From Candidatus Woesearchaeota archaeon (GTDB lineage: Archaea; Nanobdellota; Nanobdellia; Woesearchaeales; JAAOYA01), in contig JAAOYA010000008.1 in the NCBI GenBank assembly GCA_018221105.1, positions 192,648 to 256,647 of the forward strand: DNA of 64,000 nt. The letters run 5' to 3'. The notes below the pieces were generated by a model. That model saw nothing but the letters and a program-made list of their open reading frames with translations, was not told the DNA's origin and searched no databases. Below, in pieces: positions 58,080 to 64,000 of this stretch (its first letter is position 1; the number at the start of each line of letters is the position of its first letter). Position numbers and translations under genes: made by a program.

Positions 58080-59143
58080 GCAAAATTAGTCTTGTAGCAG
58101 TTGAGAAGTTAGAAAAAAGAACTAAAAAAGAGTTTTTTGATTTAGTAGAAAAAGTAATGGTTAATGCTAATTGGAAAAAGCATATTAAAGGGAAAAAGGT
58201 TTTTTTCAAGCTTAATTGTTTGTCTGATCAATTAGTTCCTGGGCAGTGTACTGGCCCTTGGGTTTTTGAAGCTGTAATAAAAGTGGTCAAAAAAGGATTG
58301 CCAAAGGCTAAATTGTACGCTGGTGATGCTGATGTTGCAACAGCCAGGCAATTAGAGACTTGTTCGCGTATTTGGGGTTACAGGAGTATTTGTAAGCGCT
58401 ATGGTGTTAAATTTGTTAATTTGTCAAAGCAACAAGAAGTTACTGTGGATGTTAAAGGTAAAATTTTTACTAAGATACAATTACCAAAAATATTAACAGA
58501 AGTTGACTCTTTAGTGACACTTCCGGTTTTGAAAACTCATAATGTTACAGCAATGACTTTTTCTTTAAAGAATCAGTGGGGTTGTCTGACAAGAGTTCGA
58601 CACCAATATCATTTGGTTGCAGGACAATGCATTGCAGAGATTAATAAATTCTTAAAACCGGTGTTTGCTGTTGGTGACGCTACAGTTTGTTTAGAAGATA
58701 GTGGTCCGCGTGTAGGAATTCCAAAAATTGTTGATACATTACTAGCATCGGCTGACTTAGTAGCAATAGACACTGTTGGTGCTAAAATTATTGGTTTAAA
58801 CTACCAAAAAGTCCCTCATATTGTTAATTCTGAAAAAATTGGTGTTGGAAGTACTAATTACAAAATAGTGGGCTCAAAACCAAAAAATGAAGGTTTTATG
58901 CCTGCGATAATAGAAAATCATCCGATTGTCAAGTGGGAGATAAGACTTCGAAAAGTTTGGGGATTAAAATGGTTGTTGTTTAAAACACCACTTTTTAAGA
59001 TTCCGGCGTTTTTCGCGGCAAAATATAATAGTATTTGGTGGTATAACTTAAAAGGGAAAAAGTATGCTCGTGAGCTTGTACAAAAAGATTCTCTTTACTG
59101 TGAAGAATTTTTGCCACTTTTGCAAAAGATTAATAAAATATAA
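58076..59143 (+). CDS. DUF362 family protein (paralog 1)
   Basis: KLN, T.PW, LPVLKTH, SLKNQWG, GP..G, DLVAID. Confidence 0.85.
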   Translation: MSKISLVAVEKLEKRTKKEFFDLVEKVMVNANWKKHIKGKKVFFKLNCLSDQLVPGQCTGPWVFEAVIKVVKKGLPKAKLYAGDADVATARQLETCSRIWGYRSICKRYGVKFVNLSKQQEVTVDVKGKIFTKIQLPKILTEVDSLVTLPVLKTHNVTAMTFSLKNQWGCLTRVRHQYHLVAGQCIAEINKFLKPVFAVGDATVCLEDSGPRVGIPKIVDTLLASADLVAIDTVGAKIIGLNYQKVPHIVNSEKIGVGSTNYKIVGSKPKNEGFMPAIIENHPIVKWEIRLRKVWGLKWLLFKTPLFKIPAFFAAKYNSIWWYNLKGKKYARELVQKDSLYCEEFLPLLQKINKI

Positions 59144-59173
59144 CCTATTTTTTTAAGTTTAGGGGGTTAAACA

Positions 59174-60460
59174 GTGAAAATTGTAATTTTGGGTGGTGGG
59201 CTTGCAGGATTAGCAGCAGGTGATATTCTATCAAAATATCATCAAGTGTTAATACTTGAAAAAAATAGTTTTTTAGGTGGTTTAGCAGCTAGTTTTAAAC
59301 AATCAAATGAGTGGATTCCACTATACTATCATCACGTGATAAAACATAACACTATAACTCAACAGTTCTTGAATCGTTTTAATCTGTTAAAAAATGCTGT
59401 TTGGAAAAAAATCAAGGTTGTGATTGGTGTTAAAACAAGAATTCATGATATTACAAACCCTTTTGGACTGTTAGGTTTTAATTATATTAGTTTGTGGGGG
59501 CGCTTGCGTTTTGGAATTTTTGGCTTGTACGCATTATTTTTTCTAAATCCTGAAAAGTTATCTGATAAACTTGACGCTAAAACTTGGTTGTATAAATTTG
59601 GCGGTAAAGAAGTTACAGGAAAAATTTTTGAAAATCTTTATGCTCGCAACAAATTTAATGTTCCGCTACAAACTATTAGTGCAAAACAATTAGCTAATCG
59701 TCTAAAAGAGCGAGAAGTTTATGATTATTTTACTTACCCGCCTAAAGGATTACAATTGATGATTGATGGACTTGAAAAAACAATAAAAAAAAATAAAGGC
59801 ATCATAACAAAAAATGCCAGTGTTGTAAGTATTGATTTGAAAAAACAAAAAATTGTTGTCAATGGCAAAACAAAAAGTTTTGATTTGTTAATCAACACAA
59901 TTCCAATACCAGAATTTCTAAAACTCACTAAAGGCTTACCACAAGATTATACTTTACAACTTTCAAAATTGCGCTATTGTCCACTTGTTAACGTGACTTT
60001 TGGAACTAAAGAATTTCTTGATAATCGTTATTATTGGACTAACTTGTTTGGCGAGCGAGTACATACTTTATTTCAGCATTCAATACTTTGTGATAAGTAC
60101 TCTAGTAAAATAAACTGGGTTTTGCGCTACGGTGGTAGTGAAGAGGACTTTAAATTATCAGATAATCAAATAATCACTGATTATTTGGAAACTGTAAAAA
60201 AATATTTTCCAAAAATGCAAGTCACGTGGGCTAAAGTTTTTCGTGAAAAGTACGGAGAGCCAATTTATGATAAAGAGTTCGAAAATTATAAACCACACTA
60301 CATAACTCCAGTTAAAGGATTGTACATGGCAGGAATACAAGTAACACACCCAAAAATTCGCAATATGAACTCTGCTCTTGAAAGCGGCCAAATTGTTGCA
60401 AAAATAATTAGTGATGAATTAAAAGAAATCAAAAGCTTCAAAAATAAACAAAAAAAATAG
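59174..60460 (+). CDS. FAD-dependent oxidoreductase (HemY/amine oxidase-like)
   Basis: ILGGGLAGLAA, EK...GGLA, YYHH, YPPKG, GLYMAG, RNMNSALESG. Confidence 0.88.
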   Translation: MKIVILGGGLAGLAAGDILSKYHQVLILEKNSFLGGLAASFKQSNEWIPLYYHHVIKHNTITQQFLNRFNLLKNAVWKKIKVVIGVKTRIHDITNPFGLLGFNYISLWGRLRFGIFGLYALFFLNPEKLSDKLDAKTWLYKFGGKEVTGKIFENLYARNKFNVPLQTISAKQLANRLKEREVYDYFTYPPKGLQLMIDGLEKTIKKNKGIITKNASVVSIDLKKQKIVVNGKTKSFDLLINTIPIPEFLKLTKGLPQDYTLQLSKLRYCPLVNVTFGTKEFLDNRYYWTNLFGERVHTLFQHSILCDKYSSKINWVLRYGGSEEDFKLSDNQIITDYLETVKKYFPKMQVTWAKVFREKYGEPIYDKEFENYKPHYITPVKGLYMAGIQVTHPKIRNMNSALESGQIVAKIISDELKEIKSFKNKQKK

Positions 60461-60469
60461 TGATAAATA

Positions 60470-61156
60470 ATGACTGGCAAAAAAGTTTTCATTGTAATAC
60501 CTGCATATAACGAAGCAAAAGCTATTAGCAAAGTTTTAGATGACCTTAAAAAAAATGGTTACAGAAATATTATTGTAGTTGATGATTGCAGCAGTGATGA
60601 TACTGCAATTGTTGCAAGACACCACAAAGCTATTGTTTTAAAACATATTATCAATAGAGGACAAGGAGCAGCATTAAAAACAGGCACTGACGCAGGGCTA
60701 AATCTTGGAGCTGAATTCATTGTTCACTTTGATGCTGATGGTCAAATGCGTGTTGTTGACATTAAAAAATTATTAACTCCTTTAATTGCTAAAAAAGCCG
60801 ATGTTGTACTAGGATCTCGTTTTTTAGGTCAAAAAGCTAAAAACATGCCATTTTCAAAAAAAATCAGTTTACAACTTGGCAGAATTGTAGTTTTTGCACT
60901 TTATGGGCTTTGGCTTAGTGATTCACAATCAGGCTTTAGAGTAATAAATCGCAAAGCAGCACAAAATATTAAAATTACTGCTGATAGAATGGAACACGCC
61001 GGCGAAATACTTGGTGAGATAAAAAAGAAAAAGCTTCGATTAGTAGAAGTTGCAGTAACTATTTTATATACTGATTATTCAATACAAAAAGGTCAAAGTT
61101 GGTCGAGAGGGCCGGCACTAGGGTTGAAAATGCTTTTAAGGAGGTTACTAAAATAA
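60470..61156 (+). CDS. GT2 polyprenol-phosphate glycosyltransferase (DPM1-like)
   Basis: IPAYNE, VDDCSSD, NRGQGAAL, FDADGQ, GSRF, DSQSGFR. Confidence 0.93.
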   Translation: MTGKKVFIVIPAYNEAKAISKVLDDLKKNGYRNIIVVDDCSSDDTAIVARHHKAIVLKHIINRGQGAALKTGTDAGLNLGAEFIVHFDADGQMRVVDIKKLLTPLIAKKADVVLGSRFLGQKAKNMPFSKKISLQLGRIVVFALYGLWLSDSQSGFRVINRKAAQNIKITADRMEHAGEILGEIKKKKLRLVEVAVTILYTDYSIQKGQSWSRGPALGLKMLLRRLLK

Positions 61157-61157
61157 A

Positions 61158-61496
61158 ATGTTACAAGTCTATCAAATAATTGTTTTTATATTTGCACTTT
61201 TTGCTCTTTCAAGAGCAATTTTACGCGCTAAAGAATCAAAAATCACTAGAGGAGAATTATACTTTTGGAGTCTTTTATGGCTTGGCGTACTAGTTTTGAC
61301 TTTTCTGCCATCATTTAGTGATATTCTAGCAGATTATGCTGGAATTGGTAGGGGAGCTGATTTACTAGTTTACGCTTCTGTATTATTGCTTTTTTATTTA
61401 ATGTTCAGATTATACGTCAAAATTGATAAAACAGAACAAGAAATCACAAAATTAGTACAAAAAGTAGCTTATGAAAATGTCAAAAAGAAAAAATAA
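61158..61496 (+). CDS. DUF2304 family membrane protein
   Basis: W...W, GIGRGADL, EITKLVQ; the usual partner downstream of DPM1-like GT2. Confidence 0.88.
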   Translation: MLQVYQIIVFIFALFALSRAILRAKESKITRGELYFWSLLWLGVLVLTFLPSFSDILADYAGIGRGADLLVYASVLLLFYLMFRLYVKIDKTEQEITKLVQKVAYENVKKKK

Positions 61497-62559
61497 AGCA
61501 AAAGTAGCTGTGCTTAAAACTCGTTCATCAACAGTTATTGATGACTATAAAGAGTTAATGCACTTGGCAGATTACCAAAAAGCACTGCCAAAAAAGTATG
61601 AAACATTATTAAAACTTAATCTTTCATGGTCTTTGTATTATCCTGCTTGCTCTACACAGCCGTGGCAGCTAGAAGGAGTTTTAAAAACATTGGTAGATGA
61701 CGGCTATAAAAACTTGCACCCTGTAGAAAACAGGACTGTAGTCACTGATGTCTGGAAGGGAGCGCAAGGTAATAAATGGTTGCCAATACTAAAAAAGTAT
61801 AATCAAAAGTATGAGCCTTTAACAGAGGTTGAGTGGGTTAAGTTTAAGCCAAAGAGTCATATGCTTGCAATGAATCACTTGTATGAGGGAACGCATAAAA
61901 TCCCTAAAATGTTTATGTCAAAAAATGTTATTCATTTTCCAACAATCAAAACTCATGGTCATACTGTGATGACTGGAGCTATGAAAAACGCTTTTGGAGG
62001 TCTTATTACGACCCGGCGTCATCACTCTCATAAAATGATTCACGAAGTCTTGGTTGACTTGTTGCAAATCCAAAAAGAGATTCACCCAGGAATTTTTGCA
62101 GTAATGGATGGTACTGTTACGGGTGATGGTGCTGGTCCGCGTACAATGATTCCGAAAATAAAAAATTATATTCTAGCAAGCAGTGATCAGGTAGCGATTG
62201 ACGCTATAAGCGCTAAAATGATGGGCTATGACCCTATGCGCATAAAGTTTATCAAACTAGCTCATGATATGGGATTGGGCATTGGTGATGTTGACCAAAT
62301 AGAAATTGTTGGTGAAGACATAAAAAATGTCAATTTTAATTTTACTACCAAAAAAAGCCCTGTGATTTTTTGGGATCAAATGCTTAGAAAAAAAATAAAG
62401 TTTATAGAACCTCTTTTGTTTCACACGCCACTTTTCAAGCTTGCAATTTTTGGCAGTGCTTTTTATCATGATCATATTTGGTACAATATTGTCGGACGAC
62501 ATCGAATTAATAAGTTTATGAAAACACCTTGGGGGAGACTATGGCAAAAATACAAGTAA
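61471..62559 (+). CDS. DUF362 family protein (paralog 2)
   Basis: KLNLSW, STQPWQLEG, PTIKTH, GAMKNAFGG, GAGP, DQVAIDA. Confidence 0.87.
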   Translation: MKMSKRKNKAKVAVLKTRSSTVIDDYKELMHLADYQKALPKKYETLLKLNLSWSLYYPACSTQPWQLEGVLKTLVDDGYKNLHPVENRTVVTDVWKGAQGNKWLPILKKYNQKYEPLTEVEWVKFKPKSHMLAMNHLYEGTHKIPKMFMSKNVIHFPTIKTHGHTVMTGAMKNAFGGLITTRRHHSHKMIHEVLVDLLQIQKEIHPGIFAVMDGTVTGDGAGPRTMIPKIKNYILASSDQVAIDAISAKMMGYDPMRIKFIKLAHDMGLGIGDVDQIEIVGEDIKNVNFNFTTKKSPVIFWDQMLRKKIKFIEPLLFHTPLFKLAIFGSAFYHDHIWYNIVGRHRINKFMKTPWGRLWQKYK

Positions 62560-63413
62560 AAATTAAAGAGTACATTAAATTATTGAGGCCTTGGCAGTAT
62601 TATAAAAATAGTGTTATTTTTTTGCCATTAATTTTTGGCGGTTTATTATTTGACGTTGATGCTTTTTTCAAAGTGTTATTAGGTTTTTTAACACTATCCA
62701 TAATATCTTCCGCAAACTATATTTTCAATGACATACTTGATTTGAAGGCCGACAGATTAAACCCTGAAAAAAAGAATCGTCCACTAGCAACAAAAAAAAT
62801 CAGCACAACAAACGCTGCAATACTAGCAGCAACCTTAGGGTTTTCTGGTTTGATAATCGCGTTTTTTTTAAGCTTTAATTTTTTTATTGTAAGCCTGCTT
62901 CTAGTCACTTTAACCACAGTGTATAGTGTGTGGTTAAAAAAAGAAATGTTTGCAGATATTTTAATAATAGCAACAAACTTTGTTTTGCGAACACTCTCAG
63001 GAGCATATGTTATTTCTGTTGCGGTTTCACACTGGCTTATACTAGTACCGTTCTTTTTAGCACTTTTTTTAGCTACTGGAAAAAGAGAGTCTGAACTAAA
63101 ATTTTTAGGCAAAAAAGCATTACAGCACAAAAAAGTATTAGAATATTATACTCCAGAATTGACAAGTGCTCTAACAATTATTAGTACAACATTAGTGATT
63201 ATTTCATACTCACTATACATCTTTTTTAGCGCTCATCGCTGGTTGTTTATAACTTTACCAGGAGCATTATATTTAGTGTTTCGTTATTTGAATCTGATTA
63301 AAACCGGTGATAAAAAAAGTCGTAATACTCACTTAGTGTTTTTTGATAGTAGAATACTGCTTGTAAGTATTGCAACAAGCATTATAGCACTTTGGGCTAT
63401 TTACTTAGTATAA
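62541..63413 (+). CDS. UbiA-family decaprenyl-phosphate phosphoribosyltransferase-like protein
   Basis: LRPWQYYKN, YIFNDILD...DR..PEK..RPLA, YS..LK, D, FVLR...G, KR..E: the DPPR synthase subfamily pattern. Confidence 0.85.
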   Translation: MAKIQVKIKEYIKLLRPWQYYKNSVIFLPLIFGGLLFDVDAFFKVLLGFLTLSIISSANYIFNDILDLKADRLNPEKKNRPLATKKISTTNAAILAATLGFSGLIIAFFLSFNFFIVSLLLVTLTTVYSVWLKKEMFADILIIATNFVLRTLSGAYVISVAVSHWLILVPFFLALFLATGKRESELKFLGKKALQHKKVLEYYTPELTSALTIISTTLVIISYSLYIFFSAHRWLFITLPGALYLVFRYLNLIKTGDKKSRNTHLVFFDSRILLVSIATSIIALWAIYLV

Positions 63414-63414
63414 A

Positions 63415-64000
63415 ATGATAATTAAAATTTTACGATTTGTTGACACGTACTTATTGGTAGTTGCAGTACTATTTTTTGGATTCTTTAACAAATTATTTTT
63501 TGCCAAAAAAACTTCGAAAAAAAATATTTTGATTATTAAACTATGGGCTTTAGGTGATTCAATAGTGTTACTGCCAACAATCAAAGCATTAAAAAATAGT
63601 TTTCCAAAGTCAAAAATTGATGTATTAGTTCGAAAGCGCAATAGAGATGTGTTCGAAGGACAAAAAAGTGTTAATAACATAATAGATTTTGGTTTTTTTT
63701 CAACTATTAAGCTTTTTAGAAATTATGATTTGTGCATTGACGCTGAACCATACCTTAACAGTTCTGCATTGATTAGTTTTTTTAGTGCTCGCCAAAAAAT
63801 TGGTTTTAGCCATGGTCTTAGAAGTTTATTGTATAATAAAAAAGTGCTTTTTGATAAAAAAAATCATATGATACTAAATTATTTTAACATGGCAAAAATG
63901 GCAGGTGCTAAAACCTCACCTTACAAGCTTGAAAAATTGTATTATAGTCCAAAAGATAAAAAAATAGTTGATTTGATGCTAGAAAAAGTCGGTTTTAAAG
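63415..64000 (+). CDS. GT9 (heptosyltransferase-like) glycosyltransferase, truncated by window end
   Basis: Not in ORF track. MIIKILRFVD...KNILIIKLWALGDSIVLLPTIKALKNSFPKSKIDVL...YDLCID...KIGF. Confidence 0.85.
   Translation, partial: MIIKILRFVDTYLLVVAVLFFGFFNKLFFAKKTSKKNILIIKLWALGDSIVLLPTIKALKNSFPKSKIDVLVRKRNRDVFEGQKSVNNIIDFGFFSTIKLFRNYDLCIDAEPYLNSSALISFFSARQKIGFSHGLRSLLYNKKVLFDKKNHMILNYFNMAKMAGAKTSPYKLEKLYYSPKDKKIVDLMLEKVGFK

Overview
AT-rich, very gene-dense archaeal DNA. The gene set (aIF2-alpha, S27e, Nop10, aIF5B, TFS, NMD3, Trm1, Taw1, AglB, class III signal-peptide pilins, DUF5752-like proteins) and mostly leaderless TATA promoters point to a DPANN archaeon, probably Woesearchaeota-like (inferred, not searched). 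Layout: (1) 1-14.6 kb nucleotide-metabolism and translation/RNA-processing genes; (2) a four-gene putative defence island at 16.4-22.3 kb between fba and pfkB: type IIG restriction-modification enzyme, TM0106/Cas4-like nuclease, ComF-like PRTase and DprA (ShosTA-like pair); (3) nurA, Ca/Na antiporter, topA, exported Lon-type protease, a candidate structured RNA and a degenerate TtuA; (4) a type IV pilus locus at 31.4-40.7 kb with 7 pilin-like genes, a wHTH/coiled-coil protein, an ATPase and two TadC-like proteins, one apparently starting at ATT; (5) surface proteins (PGF-pre-PGF, S-layer-like, PKD); (6) a glycosylation cluster from 49.6 kb to the window end. In it AglB is followed by two GT-C-like proteins, a methyltransferase, two paralogous DUF362 proteins, an FAD oxidoreductase, GT2/DUF2304, a UbiA-family prenyl-phosphate phosphoribosyltransferase and a GT9. 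The best candidates for undescribed biology are this putative lipid-linked pentose glycosylation pathway and the defence island. I saw no tRNA, rRNA, CRISPR array, transposase or integrase. All family calls come from motifs recognised by eye, not from database searches.
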